This document shows, piece after piece, positions 12,101 to 22,241 of a stretch of DNA of 64,000 nucleotides. The notes below the pieces were generated by a model. It was not told the DNA's origin and searched no databases. It saw only the letters and a program-made list of their open reading frames with translations. A program made the translations under genes and the position numbers. Origin of the DNA: Macrostomum lignano (taxonomy: Eukaryota); the NCBI GenBank assembly GCA_002269645.1, contig NIVC01000020.1, positions 1,364,001 to 1,428,000 of the forward strand, written 5' to 3'. Numbering within the stretch: position 1 is the first letter of the stretch; the number at the start of each line of letters is the position of its first letter.

Positions 12101-15100
12101 GGCAGCAGGCATGAGTACAGGCAGGGAGGTGGCAGGCAGGCAACTCACTTTGCTCAGCTTGTCATAGTCGATGAGCTCCGGCCTGTGCCTGTGGATCAGC
12201 GCACAGAATGCCAGGCCGTCCTGGAAGCTGCAAGAGTAGAAAAGGGGGGTCCCGGCTGCTGCGACAGGGGGTTCGGATCGGCATGCGGTGCTGGGAGGCA
12301 AATGTGAGTAGCTGAACAACAGGAATGCCCGAAATCTGCTGCAATCCCTATCTACAGACACTGTAATCCCTATCTACAGACACTGTAATCCCTACCTACA
12401 GACACTGTAATCCCTATCTACAGACACTGTAATCCCTACCTACAGACACTGTACTCCTTATCTACAGAAACTGTAATCCCAATCTACAGACACTGTAATC
12501 CCTGTCTACAGAGTACAGACACTGTACTCCCTATCTACAGACACTGTAATCCCTATCTACAGACACTGTAATCCCTGTCTACAGACACTGTACTTCCTAT
12601 CTACAGACACTGTAATCCCTGTCTACAGAGTACAGACACTGTACTCCCTATCTACAGACACTGTAATCCCTATCTACAGACACTGTAATCCCTGTCTACA
12701 GACACTGTACTCCCTATCTACAGACACTGTAATCCCTGTCTACAGACACTGTAATCCCTGTCTACAGAGTACAGACACTGTACTCTCTATCTACAGACAC
12801 TAATCCCTATCTACAGACACTAATCCCTATCTACAGACACTAATCCCTATCTACAGACACTGTAATCCCTGTCTACAGACACTGTAATCCCTGTCTACAG
12901 ACACTAATCCCTATCTACAGACACTAATCCCTATCTACAGACACTGTAATCCATGTCTACAGACACTGTAATCCCTATCTACAGACACTGTAATCCCAAT
13001 CTACAGACACTGTAATCCTTATCTACAGACACTGTAATCCTTATCTACAGACACTGTAATCCTTATCTACAGACACTGTAATCCCTATCTACAGACCCTG
13101 TAATCTCAATCTACAGACACTGCACCACCCACCCAGCAGGATTGCAGCAGAATCAGGTGACAGAACAGCAAAGTCAGCAAGCAGCTCATGCGGTGAGAAG
13201 GCAAGCGACAATGCATTGAACAGCAGAGGTCAGTCGGCATGCCCTGCAGGCGAGCGCACTGACTGACCCTTGAGAGCTTCGAATAGTCGAGCAGCTCCGG
13301 CCTGTGCCGGTGGATGAGCGCGCAGAAGGCCAGGCCGTCCTTCCAGCTGCGATCGAGTTGCGCAACAGGTGGACGGAACGCGTTGTGATTCCGAAATTGA
13401 TGCTGAGCTCTCCCAGATCCCCAATCCCAATTTAGCACAGAGCGCCCCTTGCCCAGCCAGCTCACCTCATGTGAAAGTTCTGCACGTTCACGTTCTTGTA
13501 GGGAGCGGTCTTGCGCTGGCACCACAGCAGGAGGCCCTCCTTGGCGGTCATCTCTGCGTTTGGCGGCGTGGTTTAAAGTACAACTGCACTAATATTAACA
13601 ACCAGTAAAATTCTGACTTACCTTCAACGGTGATGTCCTGGATGGCGAAGCGGAGGATGATCGTCCAGATCATGCCCAGCGTCATCTTCACGTTGCCGTC
13701 CACGATTTCTAAAATTCCAGTTTTAAGCCACGAGATAAATGACCGCGAGCCTTCTAGAGGGACCAGATTCTCCACGGCGCCAGACACTCCTATCTAGAGG
13801 CGCCAGACACTCGTATCTAGAGGCGCCAAATACTCGTATCTAGAGGCACCAGACTCTCTTTTACAGAGGCGCCAGACACACTCACCCAGAGGCGCCAGAT
13901 ACTCGTACCCAGGGGCGCCAGACACTCATTTAGAGGCGCCAGATACTCGTATGCAGAGACGCCAGGCACTCTCACCTAGAGGCGCCAGATACTCGTATCA
14001 AGAGACGCCAGGCACTCTCACCCAGAGGCGTCAGGCACTCTCACCCAGAGGCGCCAGGCACTCGTATCAAGAGACGCCAGGCACTCTCACCCAGAGGCGT
14101 CAGGCACTCTCACCCAGAGGCGCCAGGCACTCGTATCAAGAGACGCCAGGCACTCTCACCCAGAGGCGTCAGGCACTCTCACCTAGAGGCGCCAGATACT
14201 CGTATCAAGAGACGCCAGGCACTCTCACCTAGAGACGCCAGGCACTCTCACCCAGAGGCGCCAGGCACTCTCACCCAGAGGCGCCAGGCACTCTCACCCA
14301 GAGGCGCCAGGCACTCTCATCCAGAGGCGCCAGGAACTCAAACCTCCCCACCAAAGCGCCACTCACCCTCGGCGCCAATGGACACGAGCTGCACGCCCTT
14401 GCGCTCGATGAACTCCAGCGCCTTGTTGACATTGTTAATCTTGTGAAAGCGCATTCGGCCCCGCTCTGGCTTGGGCAAAGCCTCGCCCGAAATCACCTCC
14501 AGCAGCAGCATGAGCTTCAAGCCAGAGCACAGGTCCTGGGTGATATCCTCGATGGAGGTGTCAGCTTTGCGCAGGAAGGAATTGATCCAGGCTGTGAATG
14601 TCTGTGCATGTGCAAAACAGTTTGTTCAACATTAATGGAAGGCTTGTAATAGGAGACAAAATCTTAGATATTGAAATTACGAGCTATATTGAATGGTTAA
14701 ATATATATAGATATTAAAGATTAAATATCGATATATTTTAAAATCAGATTATATACAAGACTATCATTAATCTTATACAAGAAGTGACTAAACAAAAGGA
14801 ATATATGAGCTATATGTAAAATTCAAAAAGATTTTTTAATCATAGATGAATTAAAGATTAAATAAGATATACAGCTTAGTATTAAATTTTTAAAGCAAAA
14901 TAAAATAATTTGATTATTTTAAAAAGGATTATCATCTTTAAAAAGCTTTATTGCCATTTTATTTTTATAATAATTTCATCCTTGAGTTTAAAGCAAACTT
15001 GTACATTCACTAGCATAATGGAATATTAAATATTTAGTACATATGCATATCATTGTTACATTAAGATAAGTGATAAGAACATACTTACTATATATAAATA

Positions 15101-15758
15101 CATATATAACAATGAGAAAAGATGAAGATGGGATAGTGCAAATTACAAATCTAAATAAATAGAAAATATTTTAACTTTAACTACTAAGTTAGTTTTCTAT
15201 ATATTAGAGTTTATTACCCTAAGCACAAAAATTTAAATCATATGACTAAGTTGGTCATTTCTGTAGTCAAAGGATAATATGCAACAAAAGCCAAAGGACA
15301 ATAAACTATCAAGTCTAATTTGATAATTGATTATAGACTAGTGATATCAATAGTATTGATTTTTTATCACAAAAGAAACAACCGTCTTTCAAATTTAGTA
15401 GGAAAATTTTAGCACTGAGCTGCGCTGGCGGCTGGCCTAGATTTTTAAGTCAGATTTTTATAGTAAGGCTTAAATTATCTAAATTGAATTTTTTGAACTT
15501 TAAAATAACAGTTTTTTAGCAGCAATTAGACAATAAAAACTATACACCTGCGATTAGTTCAAGAGCTCATGACCATGTTGCATTGAATAAACATTTAAAA
15601 GTGAAAAGTACCTTTTTCTGCTGGATCTCCCACACAGGGTCCAGAAAGTCTTCCCTGTTCCATTCTTCCTCTTCTTCTTCTTCGCCATCATAGTACCCAG
15701 GACCATTATTGTACGCTGAGCCATTGTTGCTGTTATAATACTGCCCTGAATTAGCCAT
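3181..15758 (-). CDS. ACTN: Alpha-actinin, 13 coding exons per isoform, 908 aa (CH1-CH2, 4 spectrin repeats, EF-hand/CaM-like domain)
   Basis: Exons in transcript order: 15612-15758, 14367-14601, 13622-13708, 13466-13553, [13268-13346 OR 12149-12227], 11893-11974, 10293-10788, 9318-9623, 8588-8906, 6130-6384, 5459-5625, 3995-4301, 3181-3339. All junctions are GT-AG and phase-compatible; total 2727 nt including TGA. Hallmark peptides: [82 protein letters not shown]. Confidence 0.97.
3575..3960. repeat. 21-bp minisatellite GTCAGGTCAGCTGGGTCAAGT
   Basis: Tandem array in the last actinin intron. Confidence 0.95.
4400..4850 (-). mobile_element. SINE-like element with (AGATG)n tail; central domain triplicated as a 71-bp tandem repeat
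   Basis: On the minus strand: degraded tRNA-like head, core CCTTGAGAGCCAGCCCCCAAGGCACAGACAGTGTACATGCC homologous to the 35483 SINE, a different 3' region, and an (AGATG)n tail at 4400-4462. Confidence 0.65.
4998..5179. mobile_element. 182-bp MITE, PIF/Harbinger-like
   Basis: Perfect 18-bp TIRs GGGCCGTATGCAGAAAGC (4998-5015) and GCTTTCTGCATACGGCCC (5162-5179), with TTT on both flanks as a candidate 3-bp TSD. Superfamily is inferred from the GGGC end and the 3-bp TSD. Confidence 0.75.
5672..6095. repeat. 29-bp minisatellite CTGGGATTCTGGGATAACAGAGTTGGGAT
   Basis: Tandem array built on CTGGGAT heptamers; actinin intron. Confidence 0.95.
6445..6795. repeat. 22/26-bp minisatellite GATCGATTAGTTTTGGGACTG(CATG)G
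   Basis: Tandem array; actinin intron. Confidence 0.95.
8095..8555. repeat. Mixed 18/14-bp minisatellite CATGACCCATTGATCCTG / CATGACCCAACTAG
   Basis: Tandem array; actinin intron. Confidence 0.95.
8935..9295. repeat. 18-bp minisatellite CCTCCTGACCTCCGCTAC
   Basis: Tandem array; actinin intron. Confidence 0.95.
9682..10292. repeat. 29-bp minisatellite containing the actinin exon-7 donor sequence
   Basis: Unit CAATCTCACCTGTGCAACACCCACCACCC; on the sense strand it reads TGCACAG|GTGAG, as at the real donor (10291-10292). Confidence 0.95.
10800..11790. repeat. 19/20-bp minisatellite CCAGTGTACAGGTGTGATA
   Basis: Tandem array with variant units; actinin intron. Confidence 0.95.
12149..12227 (-). 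CDS. ACTN: Alpha-actinin alternative exon 5b (CH2): (S)[26 protein letters not shown]
   Basis: 79 nt, polypyrimidine plus tgcag acceptor, gtgagt donor, phase 2 to 0; paralogous to 13268-13346. Confidence 0.9.
12347..13120. repeat. 22-bp minisatellite CTACAGACACTGTAATCCCTAT between alternative exons 5a and 5b
   Basis: Tandem array bracketed by an inverted repeat at 12336-12348 and 13139-13151. Confidence 0.95.
13268..13346 (-). CDS. ACTN: Alpha-actinin alternative exon 5a (CH2): (S)[26 protein letters not shown]
   Basis: 79 nt, cgcag acceptor, gtcagt donor, phase 2 to 0. Confidence 0.9.
13780..14335. repeat. 23-bp minisatellite GAGGCGCCAGGCACTCTCACCCA
   Basis: Degenerate tandem array; actinin intron 2. 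Confidence 0.9.
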
Positions 15759-16111
15759 ACTTAAAGATGACAAACTAAGTATGCCGAACTGAACCAAATA
15801 TCCGAGATGCAGTGGATAATGGATTCAGGAAGAAAAATTGACTGAACTTTTTCATTCAAATATAATTGTGGATGTTAATAAAAAGCAGTGAAACAAATTC
15901 ACTACAATAGTTAGTTACTTGTCGTATCCAGCATTTTAAATTAAAAAATAATACTAAAATTTTATGTTTTGAACCTTCTTAACTTAAAAGCTTTTATTTC
16001 TAAATTTTATTGTGTGCGTCTCTGGTAAATTCAGTTTGTGAAACTACCATCTATTTTTAGTGAAAATTTCATGAGGTCGTAAAGCGTGATTTAGACGATC
16101 CAAATGACGAT
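15759..16111. promoter_or_regulatory. Probable bidirectional promoter and 5' leader region shared by alpha-actinin and vasohibin
   Basis: Only 353 bp of very AT-rich DNA separate the two divergent start codons. Promoter function is inferred from the geometry. Confidence 0.6.
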
Positions 16112-19040
16112 ATGAATGCCGATTTTGATGAAACAACGTTGTTTCTAACAAACAAAAACGGATTTCCAATTGACGATGGCACCTGGAGCAATATGTGGAA
16201 ATTTGCTGAGTATCAGCAACCCAAAGCTAAAGAAAAGATTCGAAGTATAAGAGCGACTCCAGCAAACGATTTGGCTGAGGTATACTAATGAATATATTTG
16301 AAATGCATGCATATGCTATCCACTCTACGGTTCTTAAAATAAAAGACTCTTGAAAACTCCTGTTATCTGTTTTCCTCTGTAAATAGCCAAAGGCTATTCT
16401 CATCGCTTTCTGACAAATTTTGAGTTAAATCACATACACGAATCTTTTCCCTATTTTTCAGCCAAAAATCCCAGTGCCACCACTCACATTTCCGATTGGT
16501 TCGACGACATCGTCAAAAATACTGGCCGTTCAAAAATACTTTGCTGAGCTGCAGTAAGTGAATGGTATATTTGGCCTCTTGCTGCATACACTGGAACAAG
16601 ATCTCTTTGCCTTAAACTATTTTGAGCAGAGTTTCAAACAAAAAGGTCCCTGAAGAGTCAATAATTTTTATCCTCCCTATCTATCGTTCGCAATCATTTT
16701 AGATACAATCATACTGGCACGCAATTTTTCGAAATAAAAAAGTACCGCTCTTTTACTGGGTAAGATCAGAAAAACATTAAAGAATTGCTGTTGCGAAAAT
16801 CACCAAAAGCCGAGCCTTCATCTCATTGCAGTCTCATGGAAGATGCCAAACAGATGATAAAAGAATCTCTGCCAATAAAATGCCTGGAGGCCGTTGTCCT
16901 CGGAATGTAAGTGCTGATCCGGTTTACATCTAATTGCTTCAGTGTTATCGCAATAGCAATCTCTGAATTCTACGAGTTTGCGAGACCCTCGTGACAACCT
17001 GATTCCCACCCCCAGCTACCTGACCAACAAGATCGAGGACCTCACCCGCTTCGCAATCGGATTCAAGTCGGCCTTCAACGGTCACGTGCACCGGCACGTC
17101 GTGCTGGGCCTGTACAGCAAGGGGATGTTCGGAGCTCTTGGGATCAGCCGGCGAGACGATCTGATGTACAAACCGCTGACCTTTAAGGTAACTTTGGTTG
17201 GTGTACTCAGACATTTCTAATGCAAGCGAATACTGCAGTAGTAATGCAGGCAACCCAGCAGTCCCCTGCAAACCCCAGCAGACTCTAACGGAACTCATCA
17301 TGGAGTACAAGGCGGCCTACCAGCGGCACTGGCACAAGCTGAAGCAGGTGAAGATCGGCATGGCCATCGGCAAGAATCCGCACAGCTTCGAGCCGCTGCC
17401 GTGGAAGGTGCCGTCTGAGCTTCGATTTGCAAGATTTCAAGTTCTGCTTGGCGCACGCACGCTCTGTCATTTCGCCCCCCTCCCCTCCTCCCGTACTCCA
17501 GGGCCTGACAGTCTTCCCCAGCAGCCAGCCGTTTGAGGAGATGCGCAGCGAGCTGGAGAAATTCTCTAAGCTGGTGAGTAAAGTTTCAGAGCAGGGGGGG
17601 GGGGCGTCAGCACGTTTTAGGACTAAAATCTGTCAAAAAGAACCAGCCTGGCCAGTTTGAATGGGCTCACAGCTACCAGAATAAGAATCGTGTTTTACGA
17701 TCTGTGAATGAGCTTTACTGCTCATGATTGATAAGCTCAAAGCGGCTACACTGAGCTCTGCTTTGGTTGGCCGGTCCTGGGGCTGATAGCAATGAGCAGG
17801 CGGCTTGACTGCACCAGACAGAGTGTCCTGGGGCTGATAGCAATGAGCAGGCGGCTTGACTGCACCAGACAGGGTGTCCTTGGTCTGATAAAGAAATTTT
17901 AATGACATTGCATGTGTGAGGAGCAGAAACTGATGCAAATCAATTGAAACCGTAATTGGATAAAAACAGAGCGAAACCACCATGATATCAATGGCATTCT
18001 GGGCCTATGAACAATTAGTAAGGGCACTGGAATCTGTACTAAGGGCACTGGAATCTGTACTAAGAACACTAGTCAGTCAGTACTAAGTCAGTACTAAGGA
18101 CACTGAAGTCAGTACTAAGGGCACTGAAGTCAGTACTAAGGACACTGAAGTCAGTACTAAGGGCACTGAAGTCAGTACTAAGGGCACTGAAGTCAGTACT
18201 AAGGGCACTGAAGTCAGTACTAAGGGCACTGAAGTCAGTACTAAGGGCACTGAAGTCAGTACTAAGGGCACTGAAGTCAGTACTAAGGGCACTGAAGTCA
18301 GTACTAAGGGCACTGAAGTCAGTACTAAGGGCACTGAAGTCAGTACTAAGGGCACTGAAGTCAGTACTAAGGACACTGAAGTCAGTACTAAGGGCACTGA
18401 AGTCAGTACTAAGGACACTGAAGTCAGTACTAAGGGCACTGAAGTCAGTACTAAGGACACTGAAGTCAGTACTAAGGGCACTGAAGTCAGTACTAAGGGC
18501 ACTGAAGTCAGTACTAAGGGCACTGAAGTCAGTACTAAGGGCACTGAAGTCAGTACTAAGGGCACTGAAGTCAGTACTAAGGGCACTGAAGTCAGTACTA
18601 AGGGCACTGAAGTCAGTACTAAGGGCACTGAAGTCAATACTAAGGGCACTGAAGTCAGTACTAAGGGCACTGAAGTCAGTACTAAGGGCACTGGAGTCAG
18701 AGCTTTCCGCCATGACATCCGCCATGCAGGTGAGGCACGGCGCCAGCTTCTCCCACCAGCAGCAGGCGGCGGCCCGCCGGGAGCGGCTGCCCCGCAGTGC
18801 CAGCCTGCCGGCCCTCAGCCAGCCGGCCTCCCCACAGCGCTCCGCCCAAGAGCCCGCGCAGCACCGCGGCAGACAGCAGCAGCAGCAGCAGCAGCAGTCA
18901 GCAACTCCTCAGAAGTCGCTGCTAATGCGGTGAGTTGTTTACAGCCGCCCTCAACGCCTGCAGGCAGCGACAAAAACTCCTTCATCCTCATTTGCCCCCC
19001 GCATTTCAGAAAGAAGTCCGGCTACCTTCTGCGCGTCTGA
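16112..19040 (+). CDS. VASH: Vasohibin family tubulinyl-Tyr carboxypeptidase, 9 exons, 330 aa
   Basis: Exons 16112-16279, 16462-16553, 16703-16759, 16832-16906, 17016-17187, 17282-17407, 17502-17573, 18730-18929, 19010-19040; all GT-AG and in phase. Motifs: LQYNHTGTQFFEIKK, catalytic LPIKCLEAV, RHVVLG, GALGISRRDDLMYKP, C-terminal GYLLRV (human VASH1 ends GYQIRV). Confidence 0.95.
17775..17880. repeat. Two-copy direct repeat GTCCTGGGGCTGATAGCAATGAGCAGGCGGCTTGACTGCACCAGACAG
   Basis: Vasohibin intron 7. Confidence 0.85.
18020..18700. repeat. 21-bp minisatellite CACTGAAGTCAGTACTAAGGG
   Basis: Tandem array; vasohibin intron 7. Confidence 0.95.
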
Positions 19041-19639
19041 TTTCGGCCGCCAACTTCGTCAAAGCTGCCAAAACTGACCTCAATAGTAGAATCTTGTGAT
19101 ATTTTGTTATTTTTGTGATTTTTCCTGCTCAACTTGTTCAGGCAGTGCGGCACTGTACAGAGCAAAGCGCTGCACTCGCGGAGAGCGAGAGCTACAAGAA
19201 TCTCTCAGACCAGTTGGGTCCCCAGTGAGACCAAGAGGCGGGCCAGTCCAGAGCTCAAAGTGCCGCCCGCACTTCCTGCCGGCCTTAGAGGGAAGGAGTT
19301 GCTTGGCTGCTGCGAACTCAGAGCAAGCGCATTCTGAATACAACCAGCTGTTCCTGTGCCTGCACGCGTTCACGCTGTACAGATTTTTTAAATACATGAG
19401 CTATTTTACATTGCATTAGAAATCATGTGTAGGCATCTCTCACACTGACTTGCGACTTGCAGCTTTTCTAAACTCTTGGTACTATTGGTGGAGCTCGTGT
19501 TGAGAGCAGGTGAGGAAGAAGGCGCCCGGTGCTGCTGTCCCATCGACCTACTGGCGACTGGAACAGCGGCTTTTGAACATCGAAATTTTGGATTTTTCTG
19601 GCCAGATAAATGGCAATTTTAGCATTCTCCTCGTGTTTG

Positions 19640-19792
19640 ACTACTCAGTACACTGACTACTCAGTACACTGACTACTCAGTACACTGACTACTCAGTACA
19701 CTGACTACTCAGTACACTGACTACTCAGTACACTGACTACTCAGTACACTGACTACTCAGTACACTGACTACTCAGTACACTGACTACTCAG
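19640..19792. repeat. 16-bp minisatellite CTGACTACTCAGTACA
   Basis: Perfect tandem array downstream of vasohibin. Confidence 0.95.
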
Positions 19793-20280
19793 TCCCAACA
19801 TTGGTGATACTCTGACTGTAACTCTTGCAGCCCTTCAAACACGGCCGATTCTCCCTGCCAGAATTCCAGTAACAATGTGAATTTTTTGTTAAAATCTGTT
19901 AATATCTGCCAGATGTGCCTGAGAACTTTTCGCTTCAATGAACCCCTGTCGAATCCATCTCGTCATTCTCATGCTGCAGCTGCCCCGTGGGAAATAATCT
20001 CACAGGTTCCCATCACTCAGTTCTCTCTGCACCTTTGTCAACAGGCCTCAGAAATGACAAATATTGAAGACAGCTTCTGAATTGCTACAAGTTTGTTTAG
20101 AAACGGGGCATCACCAAAGGACAGTATGTTCTTTGAAAATTCCATACGGATCGCAGTTTTCCGAGGCAGGCAGTCGGTAGCGACTTGCTGAAAAGCTTGC
20201 AAAAGTGCATCAAAATTAAAGATATCGAGCGCTCAGGAGGAGCTGCAGCACGGCTGCTCAACGGATGAATTCCAGGGGCA

Positions 20281-21196
20281 TCAGAAAATCTGCCTGCCGT
20301 ACGCGACCACCTCGCACAGGGTCAGGCCTTCGATCGGCAGGTCCACCTGCCCCGTCCGGCCCACCCGGCCGCAGCTGAAATTCTTCACAGAGAAGCTGCT
20401 CGGCTCGAAGTAGGACGTGAAATCGACGCCATCGAGGCTGATGGTGAAGTTGTTGAGCCTCTGAGAGCAGCAGTCTACCCGGTTGTACAGGGCCACGCGG
20501 TCGATGTATGCCCGCTGCGGCAGACTGGCCCGCCACCAGGCGTTCCTGGCGGAGCTCGTGTGGGTGCAGGAGCCGGCAGAGAAGTTCTGGTTGGTGCTGC
20601 CGTCGATGGCCAGGCCGCACGGGCCGCCAAAGCCGGTGTCGACCTGCTGGCAGCTGGAGAACAGCAGCCGGTCCTCCACTGCATGAGTTGTTTGCGTGAG
20701 TCCAGTCAGAGCTTTGAGCTCGGCAATTAAAGGCGTGAGTCCAGTCAGAGCTTTGAGCTCGGCAATTAAAGGCGTGAGTCCAGTCAGAGCTTTGAGCTCG
20801 GCAATTAAAGGCGTGAGTCCAGTCAGAGCTTTGAGCTCGGCAATTAAAGGCGTGAGTCCAGTCAGAGCTTTGAGCTCGGCAATTAAAGGCGTGAGTCCAG
20901 TCAGAGCTTTGATCTCGGCAATGAAAGGCGTGAGTCCAGTCAGAGCTTTGAGCTCGGCAATGAAAGCACAGGTGCGAGAGACTCACCCGACTCCTTTGCG
21001 AACAGGCTGCTGGGGCAGTCGGCGGTGGCTGCCGCTTCCACTGCCAGCAGATGAGCTCGCAGCGGCGACCAGAAGCACCCAAAGCAGCAGCTGCTGCCTG
21101 CCCCTCACTGCCAGCATTTTTGGTGCAGAATACTTGGCACTGCTGTGCGCTGCTTAAATAACGCTGAGCCTCCACCTGGTAGCTGCGATCTTCCAT
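20281..21196 (-). CDS. PAN/apple-like plus F-type lectin (fucolectin, FTP domain) gene; upstream exon apparently frameshifted
   Basis: FTP exon 20281-20678 is intact, with an exact H-X26-R-X-D-X4-R fucose-binding motif (CTHT...YNRVDCCSQRL). The upstream exon donor at 20985-20986 (gtgagt) is phase-compatible only in the frame ATADCPSSLFAKES, while the PAN-like cysteines (SSAQQCQVFC...RRCELI) are in another frame. Confidence 0.75.
20694..20965. repeat. 39-bp minisatellite GCGTGAGTCCAGTCAGAGCTTTGAGCTCGGCAATTAAAG
   Basis: About 7 copies filling the F-type lectin intron. Confidence 0.95.
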
Positions 21197-21442
21197 TTAG
21201 AAAGGCACTCGTTCAAAATACTATCCCAAAAATGATTTGCGACTGTAGCTGACAATCCACTCCACGCGGCTTTTCTCATACTACTTGCGACTGACTTGAA
21301 AGTAGCTGAATTGATTGCGACAAGCTATTTTTGCTGCCGCTCACGCGGCTAAGCGGGCAACTGTAAACTGATTTAAGGAGTAGGCGATGGGGGAAGCAAT
21401 TAAAAAGGGAACGCCAGAGGCTTTGATGAAATGAAGGGAAGA

Positions 21443-22241
21443 ATGCGGGCCTCTCCGGTGGATCTTCTTCTGACGGCCGCTGCGGCTGCCTCTGTGGGAC
21501 TGGGCGGCTGGCAGCCTCAGCTTCTTGCGACCCGCCACTTGCGCTCCGGGAGTGGACTTCCACAGCTGGTGCGCTGCTGTGCTGTTTGGCCGACTGGGAG
21601 CTGTACTACGGCAGCTGGCTGGGCCTGGGCGCCGACTGCCCCGACGGCCTGTTGGTGAAGGAGGCGGATAAGCAGCAGGCAAAGGTTTCATGTTTCATCA
21701 GCTACCCAAATAATGTAGATTCCTCTTGTTTTTTAAAGTCTCCAATTAGAGAAATTTCACGGCTTAAACAGGGAACAAAAAGATGTCTGAAATTAGTAAA
21801 TATGAAGTTTGACAAAAAATATTTTTAAAAAAATAATTTATTTTCTTTAGAAGCAGAATCAACACTGACCCCACCTTGCGGCAGGGCCATGGACGGCGTT
21901 GCCAACCAGAACTTCTTCAGCGGCTACTGCACTCACACCAGCCCCAATACCAACAGCTGGTGGCGGGCCAGCCTGCCGCAGCGGGCTTACATCGACCGCG
22001 TGGCCCTGTACAACCGGGTAGACTGCTGCTCTCAGAGTTCGCGTCCTACTTCGAGCCGAGCAGCTTCTCTGTGAAGAACTTCAGCTGCGGCCGGGTGGGC
22101 TGGACGGTGCGGGTGGACCTGCATGAAAGCCTGGAGGCTCTGACCCTGCGCGAGGTGGTCGCGTACGGCAGGTGGTTGGTTCTCTTGACTCCGCTGACTG
22201 CCTCGAGAAAAAGCCAAACTATCAAATCTTGTCTGTCTTGA
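21443..22241 (+). pseudogene. Degenerate paralog of the PAN-like plus F-type lectin gene (inverted copy)
   Basis: FTP exon from 21851 is highly similar to 20281-20678 (CTHTSPNTNSWWRASLPQRAYIDRVALYNRVDCCSQ). It carries a 37-nt frameshifting deletion at 22037/22038, a donor GT changed to AT at 21668-21669 (GAG GCG G|ataagc versus GAG TCG G|gtgagt in the paralog), and an internally deleted PAN segment. Confidence 0.8.
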
